Shown here piece after piece: positions 48,640-58,326 of a stretch of 64,000 bases of DNA. The translations under genes and the position numbers were made by a program. Source of the DNA: Rhodospirillales bacterium (GTDB lineage Bacteria > Pseudomonadota > Alphaproteobacteria > MPNO01 > UBA2964); assembly GCA_038116945.1 (NCBI GenBank), contig JAYOEY010000001.1:292649-356648 (forward strand), read 5' to 3'. The notes below the pieces were generated by a model, which was given only the letters and a program-made list of their open reading frames with translations, did not search any database and was not told the origin of the DNA. Position 1 is the stretch's first letter, and each line of letters opens with the position of its first letter.

Positions 48640-50796
48640 TCAGCTGTCGGCAGAGACGGTTCGATAGATGACCTTGAGGAGATCCTCCGGAACGAAGGGT
48701 TTCGATGCGTAATCGTTGATACCGGTTGCAAGATAATTTTCCCGGTCGCCGTTCATCGCGTTCGCGGTCAGGGCGATAATCGGGACGCTCGAACAGGGGC
48801 CCGGTAATGCGCGGATCGCCCTTGTCGCAGCCAGACCGTCCATCACCGGCATGTGGATGTCTATGAGAACGATGTCGTAGGAGTTCTGCTGGACGGATTT
48901 CACGGCTTCCGCGCCGTCAGGGACGACGTCCACGATGTGTCCTTCCTCTTCGAGCATGACGGATGCCACAAGCTGATTTACGGCATTGTCTTCGGCAATC
49001 AGGACCCGCAACCGTCGTTCCTGTACGGGCTGCGAAGCTTCGAGCAGCGTATCCTTGGCTTCGCCCGGCTGCGCCTTGCTGATGGCGCATGGAACCTTGA
49101 ACCAGAATTTCGAACCGTGGCCTTTCGAGCTCTCGACCCCGATGAAACCGTCCATGAGCCCGACAAGGTCCTTGCAGATTGCGAGCCCCAGTCCGCTGCC
49201 GCCGAACGACCTGGTCGTTGACGCATCGGCCTGGACGAACCGTTCGAAAATCGTGGCCACCTTTTCATCGCTGATCCCGATCCCGGTATCGTCGACTTCG
49301 AAGCCAAGCATAATGCCGCCGTTATCGGCGCTTCCGTGCGTAAGCCGGATCGTGACGGAACCGCGTTCCGTGAACTTCACGGCATTGTGGGCGAGGTTGG
49401 TAAGGACCTGTTTGATGCGGCCGGCATCCCCGTGAAGCCGGGGAAGGTCGACGGAAGGCCGTACCAGTGAGAACGCAATACCTTTCCGGTCCGCCTCCGG
49501 ACGGCAGAGGGTTTCGATTTCTTCGAGCAGGCCGACGGGATCAAAGTCCTCATTGACCAGTTCGACGCGTCCGGCCTCGATCCTGGACAGATCGAGAAGA
49601 TCGTTCAGCAGCCCGAGCAGGACGTTGCCGGAACTGCGAATCTTGTCCGCGTAATTTCTCTGTTTCTCGGACAGCTCCGTTTTGAGGAGCAATGAGGACA
49701 TGCCGAGGACCCCGTTCATCGGCGTCCTGATCTCGTGGCTCATGGTTGCAAGGAAGGCGGATTTGGCCTTGTTGGCGGCTTCCGCGGCGTCCCTCGCGAG
49801 GATCAGTTCTTTCGCGTTGGCTTTCAGCTGCCGCGTAAGTTCCCGGTCGGTGACGTCAGTCCAGCTCAGGAAATAGCCAAGGTCTTCGATGGCGTGCCCT
49901 TTGATATCGATGCTTTGCCCCTGATCGAGCCGCAACAGGCGCGCAAAAGGCTTCTGCGACTCCAGGCAAGAGCGAATCTGGTTGAAGACGGGTTGCGTAT
50001 CGGCGCCGCCGAATATCTTTTGCGTTTCCGCATGAGCGGCGACATCGTCGAAACTCGTTCCCTGACGGCATAACGCCTCCGGTAATGCCAGAATTTTCTG
50101 AAAGGCCGTGTTCTGTCCGATGATCGTGCCGTTTCCGGCGATCAGAACGATGCCTTGGTCGGCATTGTCGAGGATTACCTCCAGTAGCCGCGATTTTTCA
50201 CGGATTTCCAGTTCCCTCGATTTTAGGTCCGTGATGTCGGCGTAGATGCTGGCAATTCCGCCATTTCGGGTAGGATGTTCTTCCACGAGCATCCATTTTC
50301 CGTTCCCCATTTTTGTTTCGAATCTCCCTTTGGGAGAACGATGAATCTCCAGCCTCTGCCGTACCCACTCATCCTTCGACAAATCGCCGATAAGGGCCTG
50401 GGGCATCAGTTCAGCGCGTCGCCGGGCGATTTCCTCAAAACTGATCCCGATGGGAATTTCGTTTTCTGGAATCGGGTAAAGGTCGCGGCGATAACGCTCG
50501 TTGCAGACGGCCAGCCGGTCGTCGGCATCAAACAGCGCGAATCCCAGATCGACATTTTCGATGGCATCGAGGAACTGGCCTTCCGCAACCTTTCGTGCGT
50601 CGCCCTCTTCGAGAATTTTTTTATTCAACGCGGTCATTTCGTCCGACATGAGGGCGAATGCGCGCTGGGTCCGGTTTATCTGTGCGTCGTACTCCGAATA
50701 TGCGGTTTCAACGAGTTCGAGCAGGGTATCGAGATTGATTCGACCATCGTCTGCCGCTTTGGCGCGCTTGAGCTGTCGTGCCAGTAGTTTTTGCAT
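48640..50796 (-). CDS. cytoplasmic hybrid sensor histidine kinase/response regulator with PAS-type domains
   Basis: H-box FLATMSHEIRTPMNG, N/G boxes (NLAHNAVKFT, DTGIGI, GGSGLGLAI), and a C-terminal receiver (LIAEDN...DIVLIDIHMPVMDG...KP). Confidence 0.9.
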   Translation of the reverse strand: MQKLLARQLKRAKAADDGRINLDTLLELVETAYSEYDAQINRTQRAFALMSDEMTALNKKILEEGDARKVAEGQFLDAIENVDLGFALFDADDRLAVCNERYRRDLYPIPENEIPIGISFEEIARRRAELMPQALIGDLSKDEWVRQRLEIHRSPKGRFETKMGNGKWMLVEEHPTRNGGIASIYADITDLKSRELEIREKSRLLEVILDNADQGIVLIAGNGTIIGQNTAFQKILALPEALCRQGTSFDDVAAHAETQKIFGGADTQPVFNQIRSCLESQKPFARLLRLDQGQSIDIKGHAIEDLGYFLSWTDVTDRELTRQLKANAKELILARDAAEAANKAKSAFLATMSHEIRTPMNGVLGMSSLLLKTELSEKQRNYADKIRSSGNVLLGLLNDLLDLSRIEAGRVELVNEDFDPVGLLEEIETLCRPEADRKGIAFSLVRPSVDLPRLHGDAGRIKQVLTNLAHNAVKFTERGSVTIRLTHGSADNGGIMLGFEVDDTGIGISDEKVATIFERFVQADASTTRSFGGSGLGLAICKDLVGLMDGFIGVESSKGHGSKFWFKVPCAISKAQPGEAKDTLLEASQPVQERRLRVLIAEDNAVNQLVASVMLEEEGHIVDVVPDGAEAVKSVQQNSYDIVLIDIHMPVMDGLAATRAIRALPGPCSSVPIIALTANAMNGDRENYLATGINDYASKPFVPEDLLKVIYRTVSADS

Positions 50797-50815
50797 GCCG
50801 GGAACCGAACCTGGC

Positions 50816-51955
50816 CTAATGTTCCGAAAGAACCGTGATTGTTATTGTCTGGTTGTGCAGTTCGCACATGCCGGACCGGGAGTGCGGGGAAATTTCCCCG
50901 TAAGAATAGAATCCAAGCTGAGCGATGTCGTCGCCGAGAATGTCCCTGATGGCTTCCACTTCTTCGCCAACTCTCTGCCCAAGAAGGAGTTTCCGTCCGA
51001 TGCAGCTGATCAGGATCGCGACGCCGCCATTGCCGTTGATTGCCTGTTTGGCGGTTCCTGCTGCTGCGGCTGCGCCGTCTATCAGCCGCCCGAAATTTCC
51101 CTGCATCAGCTGGGCGAGGTGTCCTTCGGGAACATTGCCGGCAAAAACAAGGCTCTGCGTCTCCTCGTCAATGCCCACGATCGTGCGGACGACATCGCTG
51201 TCCGGACTGTCGGGAGGCCAGACTCGTAAGGGAAAGAGAAGCGCGCTTCCGGGCAGGTTTTCCGCTTCCTCGCCGAGGTAGCGTTTGTAGAGAGAAAGGG
51301 CCGGTTCGCCGTCCAGCTCATACAGCACGTTGCCGCCGGATCTCGTGATGACGCGATTGGGGCCGAACTCGTCCCATCCCCCGATGCTGCCATGGCCCAT
51401 CTCGAACCGATCGCCGTAAAATCCCAGCGCGCCGATGATGCCGGGCGAGGGTGATTCGTTTACCCCGACAAGCGTGTCTCCGAACCGGTCGCCATCGCCG
51501 GCCAGTCCTCCGGTAAGGGGAATGTCGTGTCCGATGACCTCGGTAACGCCCCGTACGAGCTCGCTGCCGTTGACTTCCGTTCCGTCAGAAAGAATGAAAA
51601 TGGAGCGGAGATCGTCGTCCAGCAGCTTTCGACCGATATACCGGCCGCACTCGATGGCCCCGCCGCAGTCCCAGCTATCCGTGCAGACTGCGCGGATGGC
51701 CGTGTCTTCGAATTCGATCGCCGTGGCGATGATGCTGCCGTCAAGCACATCCTCGGCAAGGATCTCCCCGCCGGTGCTGCACCCCGCGATGTTTGCGTCC
51801 GGGAACAGTGCCTTGAGTTCGGCTTAGCAATCGCATTCCCGGATGACCTGCTTGTCGCCGAAATAGAGCACCAGCTGGGGTTTCAGGTCGGACGGCGCGC
51901 CATCCGATGTCAGCCATCGTTCCGACCCGAACCGGATAAGCTGTGCTGTTCGCAT
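50816..51955 (-). pseudogene. FIST-domain sensor gene interrupted by one in-frame TAA (minus-strand codon at 51826-51824)
   Basis: The same frame runs from ATG 51955: MRTAQLIRFGSERWLTSDGAPSDLKPQLVLYFGDKQVIRECDC-stop-AELKALFPDANIAGCSTGGEILAEDV... and continues into the 310-aa track ORF (GTG 51748). Ends 19 nt upstream of the kinase start. Confidence 0.7.
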
Positions 51956-52133
51956 CGTGCTGTTTGAATCCCTGTCGATAATTACGAACGAAGGGTTAAC
52001 GGCGAGGAGTTAAATTATTCTTAACGGAGAACTGCTGGCGCACCGCCAAATCGCGCGGCTCCTGGTCCGATGACCTGACCCCGGGCGGACGCACATGGCA
52101 TTCAGGGGCAGGAGAGACGGGAAAAGAAGGGGA

Positions 52134-52172
52134 ATGAAAAAAGGGACCGGGCGATCCCGCCCGATCCCTTTT
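52134..52172 (-). terminator. intrinsic terminator downstream of tRNA-Asn
   Basis: Stems AAAGGGA/TCCCTTT and CGGGC/GCCCG. On the minus strand the hairpin is followed by TTTTTTCA. Confidence 0.65.
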
Positions 52173-52179
52173 CCGGAAT

Positions 52180-52255
52180 TGGCTCCCCGGGCCGGACTCG
52201 AACCAGCGACAAGGCGGTTAACAGCCGCCTGCTCTACCAACTGAGCTACCGGGGA
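52180..52255 (-). tRNA. tRNA-Asn (anticodon GTT)
   Basis: Reverse complement folds as acceptor TCCCCGG/CCGGGGA, anticodon arm GGCGG-CTGTTAA-CCGCC, GGTTCGAGTCC T arm, with encoded CCA. Confidence 0.9.
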
Positions 52256-52373
52256 TCAGCGATCCCGAATGCCTTCGCATCTGCGAGCCGGGTATATAGC
52301 ATAAGCGTTAAGGAAAACGCCAACCCCTAGAATACAATCCGGGCAGGTTTGTTTGAGGAGCGGTGAAAGCGCG

Positions 52374-52766
52374 ATGACTATCGGAATCAGGGAACTGCTC
52401 GACGCGGCGCGCGCCGAGATCGACAACATGGCCGCGGCGCGCGCTGTCGCGCGGTTAGGGGATGACGACGTCGTCTTCGTGGACCTGCGGGACGTTCGGG
52501 AACTGGGCCGGGAAGGGGGTATCCCCGGCGCCTTTCACGCACCAAGAGGGATGCTTGAATTCTGGATCGATCCCGAGAGCCCGTACCACAAGCCGATATT
52601 TGCCGAAGACAGACATTTCGTTTTTTACTGCGCGTCAGGGTGGCGTTCCGCGCTTGCCGCCAGGACCGCGCAGGATATGGGACTTCGCAAGGTCTCTCAT
52701 ATAGACGGCGGCTTTACGGCATGGAAAGAGGCGGGAGGACCGGTCGACCCGCCTAAAGCGGGGTAA
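52374..52766 (+). CDS. rhodanese-like single-domain sulfurtransferase
   Basis: FVDLRD...FYCASGWRSA (active-site Cys loop)...GGFTAWKEAG; about 130 aa. Confidence 0.8.
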   Translation: MTIGIRELLDAARAEIDNMAAARAVARLGDDDVVFVDLRDVRELGREGGIPGAFHAPRGMLEFWIDPESPYHKPIFAEDRHFVFYCASGWRSALAARTAQDMGLRKVSHIDGGFTAWKEAGGPVDPPKAG

Positions 52767-52841
52767 ACCGCCTGCTCGGTCTTCTTTGACTTGGGTTCCG
52801 GGTGATGGTTAGCTTTCCCTGCAGCAGAGAGGGATCGGGTT

Positions 52842-53405
52842 TTGGACAGTTTACAGGAAGCATCTCGGGCATCGGCGGAACGCGCTTCGGCGAGCGGTTA
52901 TTCCCTCGACGTCTCGACGAAAATAGTCGACATCTGCGCGGACGCCGGCATTTCGCTGGTCGCCAGCCTGCCGGACGACTGGATCGCGCAGACGATCGCC
53001 CGGTTCGAGCAGGACGACCGCTTTACGCATGTGCCCGTAAACAGGGAAGAGTCGGCGATCGGTCTGTGTTCGGGGGCATTCCTGTCCGGTACAGGTGCCG
53101 CTGCCCTGATGGGGGCGTCCGGACTGATGACAGTGGTCTACGCGTTGACCAAGATCAACTACACCTATGAAATTCCCGTTTTCATCATGGTCACACAGCG
53201 CGGAACGTTCGACGACGGCGCCAAGTTTCATGTGTCTAACGGTCTCTATCTCGACGATGTCATGGACTCGATCAAGCTTCCGTATACGGTGATCGACAGC
53301 CGCGACCGCCTTCCGATGATCGCGGAGGCGTACCATCATTCACGCAAGATCAGCCGGCCGACGGTAGTGCTCCTGCCGAAGAAGCTGCTGCAGGGAAAGG
53401 TATAG
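52842..53405 (+). CDS. ThDP-dependent decarboxylase, alpha (N-terminal PYR-domain) subunit, sulfopyruvate/phosphonopyruvate decarboxylase-like
   Basis: VASLPDDWI...VPVNREESAIGLCSGAFLSG...VFIMVTQRG resembles ComD-type split ThDP enzymes. TTG start after GAGAGGGA. Confidence 0.7.
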   Translation: MDSLQEASRASAERASASGYSLDVSTKIVDICADAGISLVASLPDDWIAQTIARFEQDDRFTHVPVNREESAIGLCSGAFLSGTGAAALMGASGLMTVVYALTKINYTYEIPVFIMVTQRGTFDDGAKFHVSNGLYLDDVMDSIKLPYTVIDSRDRLPMIAEAYHHSRKISRPTVVLLPKKLLQGKV

Positions 53406-53411
53406 CCGACG

Positions 53412-54008
53412 ATGGACTATCGGGAATGCCTTGCCTATATCGCCAGCCGGTGGACGGACGAGCTGATCGTAACGTCGGCCGGGACGTCTTCCGAAATTTG
53501 GCATGACGAAACCCACGACACCGAACGGGTTTTCTATCTTGAAGCGTCGATGAGCCTGTCGAGCATGTTTGCGGCCGGCATAGCGCACGGGGTTCCGGAA
53601 AAGCGCGTCTGGGTCATGAGCGGCGACGGCGCGTTTTGCATGAACCCGGGAATGCTGATGGTCGAGCAGCAGATGGCATTGCCGAACCTCAAGCATTTCA
53701 TGATATCGAACCGGGTCTACGGCTCGACTTCGAACGTTCCGCTTCCCGGTCGCCAGGAGAACGACTACGCGGCGATCGCACGCGGCTGCGGCATCAAACG
53801 GGCGTATACGTTCGGGTCGATGAACGAGCTGACTGCAAAATTCGACGAAGCCGTTCTCGAGCCCGGATACACCTTCATTCATCTGGAGGTCGATCCCATG
53901 AAAGAGAGGTCGCCGTCTCCGCCGATGGACGGTCCCGAGGTCAAATTCCGGTTCGGTCGCTATATCGAGCGGTCCACCGGCAAGTCCGTCTTTTCCGCGC
54001 CACCCTGA
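53412..54008 (+). CDS. ThDP-dependent decarboxylase, beta (PP-domain) subunit
   Basis: ThDP-binding motif GDGAFCMNPG...X26...N (GDG-X26-N), about 198 aa, 6 nt after the alpha-subunit stop. Confidence 0.7.
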   Translation: MDYRECLAYIASRWTDELIVTSAGTSSEIWHDETHDTERVFYLEASMSLSSMFAAGIAHGVPEKRVWVMSGDGAFCMNPGMLMVEQQMALPNLKHFMISNRVYGSTSNVPLPGRQENDYAAIARGCGIKRAYTFGSMNELTAKFDEAVLEPGYTFIHLEVDPMKERSPSPPMDGPEVKFRFGRYIERSTGKSVFSAPP

Positions 54009-54033
54009 AGCGGATTCAGGTTTCGCTGTCCTG

Positions 54034-54918
54034 ATGTCATTCCGGTTTGACGATATCGGCCACCGCCTTCGGGCGTTTCGCATGGGGTCGGGGTTGAGCG
54101 CCGATCAGGTCGCTAAAAAGATCGGGATATCGCGGGCGGCGCTTTACCGATACGAAAAGGGCGAAGTGGCGAAGATCGATACGCTCGATCGTCTTGCCAG
54201 ACTTTTGAACATGTCCGTACCGACCCTGCTCGGTGTGGGCGTCGAATATATCTCGTCGTCCGTCGCTTTTTTCGAGCGCATGCGGCAGATCGAAGAAACG
54301 GCCGAACACATAATCGTGTCGTTCGGACCCGTTTCCTACCTGCTTACCTCGGACCGGTTCGACGACGCGCTGGAAGCGGTTCTGTCCGAGGCCATTCCCG
54401 ACGGGTTGCCCGACGGGGAACGGGCCGTCGCCGAAGTCGGCGAGATCATGGCGATCCTTCGGGACAGGAAAGCTCATTTTCGCGCGCGCGAACCAAGCGT
54501 CGCCTGTCTGATTTCCTGGCTGGAACTTCAACGGTTTCTGTCAAACGGGCTGGTTGGGCGTCCCGATCTCGACGCGGCGACGATTGCCGCACGTCGCCGT
54601 ATCGCGTTCGAGGAAATCGACCGGATCGCGAGGCTGATGGATGAGGAACCGATCGGAGTTCAGATCGGCATTGTCCGGGATACCCTGCCTCAAACGAGTT
54701 TTCAGATTTTCCGTCAACCGGACAGGGAGGTCCTCGCGGTCAGTCCGTTCAGGCTCGGCGAACGTCCCAATGTCCGCATCGGCGTCGGCATGATCACCTC
54801 CGCGCCGGAAGCGCTTCAGCTACACGAACAGACCGCGGATGCCCTCTGGAGAAGGGCGATCAAGGGGCCGGAGGGCGCGCGGCTGGCGCGGGAGGCCCTG
54901 AGCAAATACGCTCCCTGA
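54034..54918 (+). CDS. XRE family transcriptional regulator with uncharacterised C-terminal domain
   Basis: HTH_3 pattern LRAFRMGSGLSADQVAKKIGISRAALYRYEKGE...LDRLARLLNMSVPTLLG. Confidence 0.75.
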   Translation: MSFRFDDIGHRLRAFRMGSGLSADQVAKKIGISRAALYRYEKGEVAKIDTLDRLARLLNMSVPTLLGVGVEYISSSVAFFERMRQIEETAEHIIVSFGPVSYLLTSDRFDDALEAVLSEAIPDGLPDGERAVAEVGEIMAILRDRKAHFRAREPSVACLISWLELQRFLSNGLVGRPDLDAATIAARRRIAFEEIDRIARLMDEEPIGVQIGIVRDTLPQTSFQIFRQPDREVLAVSPFRLGERPNVRIGVGMITSAPEALQLHEQTADALWRRAIKGPEGARLAREALSKYAP

Positions 54919-55129
54919 TTTTTTGCGTACCGGTCCGAAATTATCGCCGGATCACGCAACGCTTGCCGTCATCGCGGATTCTGTGCATGATTCCAACAAT
55001 ATAGGCGCTCGGCGGGCCTGTAAGGATTGAGGCGATGGCATATCAGCTACATCTGAATGCATCCGGTGTTGCGACCGGAAGCGGGTCCTGCGAGGTACAG
55101 CTCGCGGCCGGATTTGTCCGGGGGGTGAT

Positions 55130-56428
55130 ATGAGCACCCGTCTGCGGGACTTCCCTGCGAGACGGGGTTTCGCCCCAAGGGAGCGCAAGGCCCTGGCGCT
55201 GCGGATATTCGAAGACCTCGCAAGAATGGGGCGCGACGGTCGTGGGATCAGCCGCCCGACCTACGGTCCAGGCGAAACCGAGGCGATGGAGTACTGCGCA
55301 GCCCTGGCGCGGGAGGAGGGGCTTGCCGTCGAGTTCGACGCCGCCGCGAATCTGGTAATCGAGTTGACCGGGAGGAATCCTGACGAACCCTGCATCGTCT
55401 GCGGATCGCATCTCGACTCGGTGCCGCAGGGCGGTAATTACGACGGATCGGCCGGCGTGATCGCGGGCCTGCTCGCACTCATTCGCATGAAAAGGTCCGG
55501 TATCGTCCCCGAACGGTCGATCCGCGTCATGGCGTTAAGGGGCGAGGAAAGCGCCTGGTTCGGTCTCTGCTATCTCGGGTCGAGCGCCCTGTTCGGAGAA
55601 CTTGCCGAAGGCGATCTCGGGCGTATGCACCGCTCCGGAAGTAAACCGCTGGGCGAGTTCATGGCGGAATGCGGGGCCGACATAAAGAGGATTTCCGACG
55701 GGCAGAGGATCCTGCGCGAGGACGAGGTCGGAGCCTACCTCGAGCTTCATATCGAACAGGGACCGGTCATGGTCGCCCGCGACTGGCCGGTAGGGATCGT
55801 TACCGGTCTGCGCGGCAATATCCGCCATGCCGAAATCCGCTGCGTCGGCGAAGCCGGACACGCCGGGGCGGTGCCCCGCTGGATGCGGCACGACGCGGTT
55901 ATGGCGACGGCGAATTTACTGAGTCGGCTGGATGAGCACTGGCGGGTGCTGCAGGAAAGAGGGATGGACCTTGTCCTGACGACCGGGATGCTTTCGACCA
56001 ATCCGGACGATCACGCAATGTCGAGAATTCCCGGCGAATGCACTTTCAGTCTCGAAACCCGAAGCCAGTCCATCGATACGCTGGAAACCTTCTATCAGCT
56101 GATTCGCAGCGAAGCGGAATCGGTCGGACGGGAGCGGGGGGTTCAATTCGAATTCGACAGACGCTCGCTGACAATGCCGGCGATGATGAATCGTACCTGG
56201 ATCGATCATCTGCTTGAGACCTGTAAGGCCCTTTCCCTGCCGGCTGAAACGCTGCCAAGCGGGGCCGGGCACGATGCGGCGGTGTTCGCCAACGCCGGCA
56301 TCCCGTCGGCCATGATTTTCGTACGCAACGAACACGGTTCGCATAACCCGAACGAAGCCATGGATATCGACGATTTCCTGCACGGCGCAGATGTGCTTTA
56401 TGAAGCCATCCTCAAACCACCGCTCTGA
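55130..56428 (+). CDS. M20 family amidase of the hydantoinase/carbamoylase type (N-carbamoyl-L-amino-acid or allantoate amidohydrolase-like)
   Basis: GSHLDSVPQGGNYDGSAGV, LELHIEQGP, AGHAGAVP and SGAGHDA motifs; 432 aa. Confidence 0.85.
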   Translation: MSTRLRDFPARRGFAPRERKALALRIFEDLARMGRDGRGISRPTYGPGETEAMEYCAALAREEGLAVEFDAAANLVIELTGRNPDEPCIVCGSHLDSVPQGGNYDGSAGVIAGLLALIRMKRSGIVPERSIRVMALRGEESAWFGLCYLGSSALFGELAEGDLGRMHRSGSKPLGEFMAECGADIKRISDGQRILREDEVGAYLELHIEQGPVMVARDWPVGIVTGLRGNIRHAEIRCVGEAGHAGAVPRWMRHDAVMATANLLSRLDEHWRVLQERGMDLVLTTGMLSTNPDDHAMSRIPGECTFSLETRSQSIDTLETFYQLIRSEAESVGRERGVQFEFDRRSLTMPAMMNRTWIDHLLETCKALSLPAETLPSGAGHDAAVFANAGIPSAMIFVRNEHGSHNPNEAMDIDDFLHGADVLYEAILKPPL

Positions 56429-56434
56429 AGCGTT

Positions 56435-57487
56435 GTGCCTGACGACGTATCCTCTCTGACGATTCCGAAGCCGGACGACTGGCATCTCCACCTGCGCGAC
56501 GGCGCCATGATGCGGGCGGTCCTGCCGTTCAGCGCCGCCCAGTTCGGCCGGGCGATCGTCATGCCCAACCTCACGCCGCCAGTGACGACCGTCGCCTATG
56601 CCGCCGCCTATCGAAAGAGGATTCTCGAGGCGCTGCCGGAGGGGCTCTCGTTCGATCCCCTGATGACCTGCTACCTGACCGATTCGACGGACCCCGAGGA
56701 AGTCGCGAGGGGATTCGAGGAAAACGTTTTCCGCGCGGTGAAGCTGTATCCCGCTCGTGCGACGACCAATTCCGAATTCGGCGTGTCGGCATGGGAAAAC
56801 GTTCGTCCGGTTCTGGCCCGGATGGAAAAGATCGGCATGCCCCTGCTTGTCCATGGCGAGGAAGCCGATCCGGAAATCGATATCTTCGATCGCGAAGCGA
56901 TGTTCATCGATCGCGTCCTGTCCTGGATGACGGCGGATTACCCGGCGCTGCGAATCGTGCTGGAGCATATTACGACCAGAGAGGGGGCCGATTTCGTACG
57001 GAACGCCGGGGAAAACATCGGCGCCACGGTGACGCCGCACCATCTCATGCTGAACCGCAACGATCTGCTGGCGGGTGGCATCAGACCCCATCACTACTGC
57101 CTGCCGGTATTGAAAAGGGAACGTCACAGGCTCGCCCTGCGCGAGGCCGTCGCATCCGGCGATCCATCCTTTTTTCTCGGAACCGACTCTGCGCCGCATC
57201 CTGTGGGAGACAAGGAGACCGACTGCGGCTGCGCCGGAATCTTCAATGCACCGGCGGCGCTCGAAATATACGCCATGGCGTTCGAGGAAATGGGCGCGCT
57301 GGACCGGCTGGAGGGTTTTGCATCGCGCAATGGGCCGGCGTTTTACGGGCTTCCGGTATCCGATGAGACCGTGACCCTGGTCCGTTCTGCCCGCGACGTC
57401 CCCGACGTCATTCGCGTCGGCGGGGGCGCCGATGTCCGTCCCTTCTATGCCGGCTCGGAACTGCCCTGGCGGCTTGAAACGGGGTAA
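56435..57487 (+). CDS. pyrC: dihydroorotase, homodimeric (class II) type
   Basis: PDDWHLHLRDG, MPNLTPP, VKLYPA (carboxylated Lys), HGE, FLGTDSAPH. GTG start 6 nt after the amidase stop. Confidence 0.9.
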   Translation: MPDDVSSLTIPKPDDWHLHLRDGAMMRAVLPFSAAQFGRAIVMPNLTPPVTTVAYAAAYRKRILEALPEGLSFDPLMTCYLTDSTDPEEVARGFEENVFRAVKLYPARATTNSEFGVSAWENVRPVLARMEKIGMPLLVHGEEADPEIDIFDREAMFIDRVLSWMTADYPALRIVLEHITTREGADFVRNAGENIGATVTPHHLMLNRNDLLAGGIRPHHYCLPVLKRERHRLALREAVASGDPSFFLGTDSAPHPVGDKETDCGCAGIFNAPAALEIYAMAFEEMGALDRLEGFASRNGPAFYGLPVSDETVTLVRSARDVPDVIRVGGGADVRPFYAGSELPWRLETG

Positions 57488-57599
57488 CCCCGCACGTTGT
57501 TTCCCGACCGGACAGCCGATATAACCACTCCCGACTTCGCGGCCCGCTATCCGGCGGCCGCGGTGGAACCTGACACGCGGAATTAATGGAGTGGACGAC

Positions 57600-58298
57600 A
57601 TGGCTGTTGGCGGCGGATTTACGGACAAGGCGCTTATCGCGGAACTGACGGCCAAGATGCTGATCGAAGTCGAGGCGGTACATTTCAATTCGGAAAAACC
57701 GTTCATCTTCACCTCGGGCTGGGCGAGCCCCGTCTATATCGATTGCCGAAAACTGATTTCCTACCCGCGCCTGCGTCAGACCATCATCGATTTCGGGGCG
57801 TCGATCATCCTCCGCGACGCGGGATTCGAGCAGTTCGACACTGTCGCAGGCGGCGAAACGGCTGGCATTCCCTTCGCGGCCTGGATGGCGGATCGCCTGA
57901 TGCTTCCCATGCAGTACGTTCGCAAACAGCCGAAGGGGTTCGGTCGCGATGCCCAGATCGAGGGCGACCTGAAAGAAGGCGAGCGTGTCCTGCTGGTCGA
58001 GGATCTGACGACGGACGGGCGCAGCAAGATCAATTTCTGTCAGGCGCTACGGTCCGCCGGCGCGACCGTGGAACATGTTTTTGTCGTGTTCCACTATGAC
58101 ATCTTTCCCGAGACCAAGACCGTAATGTCGGAGATGGGCGTCACCCTGCATGCGCTGGCGACCTGGTGGGACGTATTGAAAGTGGCCCAGGCAGGCGGCC
58201 ATTTCGAGACTTCGACGATGGACGAGGTCGAAAAATTCCTCCGCGATCCAGCCGGCTGGTCCGTCGCACACGGGGGCGTCGGCACCGCTCCAGGCTGA
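57600..58298 (+). CDS. pyrE: orotate phosphoribosyltransferase
   Basis: [14 protein letters not shown] and the PRPP loop [16 protein letters not shown] 57600 is preferred (GGAG 8 nt upstream); the track ORF starts at GTG 57591. Confidence 0.88.
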   Translation: MAVGGGFTDKALIAELTAKMLIEVEAVHFNSEKPFIFTSGWASPVYIDCRKLISYPRLRQTIIDFGASIILRDAGFEQFDTVAGGETAGIPFAAWMADRLMLPMQYVRKQPKGFGRDAQIEGDLKEGERVLLVEDLTTDGRSKINFCQALRSAGATVEHVFVVFHYDIFPETKTVMSEMGVTLHALATWWDVLKVAQAGGHFETSTMDEVEKFLRDPAGWSVAHGGVGTAPG

Positions 58299-58326
58299 CA
58301 ACAGCGACCCCGCCGGGAAGACTGAC

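Noticed and set aside
52010-52240. 76-aa minus-strand ORF
   Set aside because: It overlaps tRNA-Asn and its terminator, so it is spurious.
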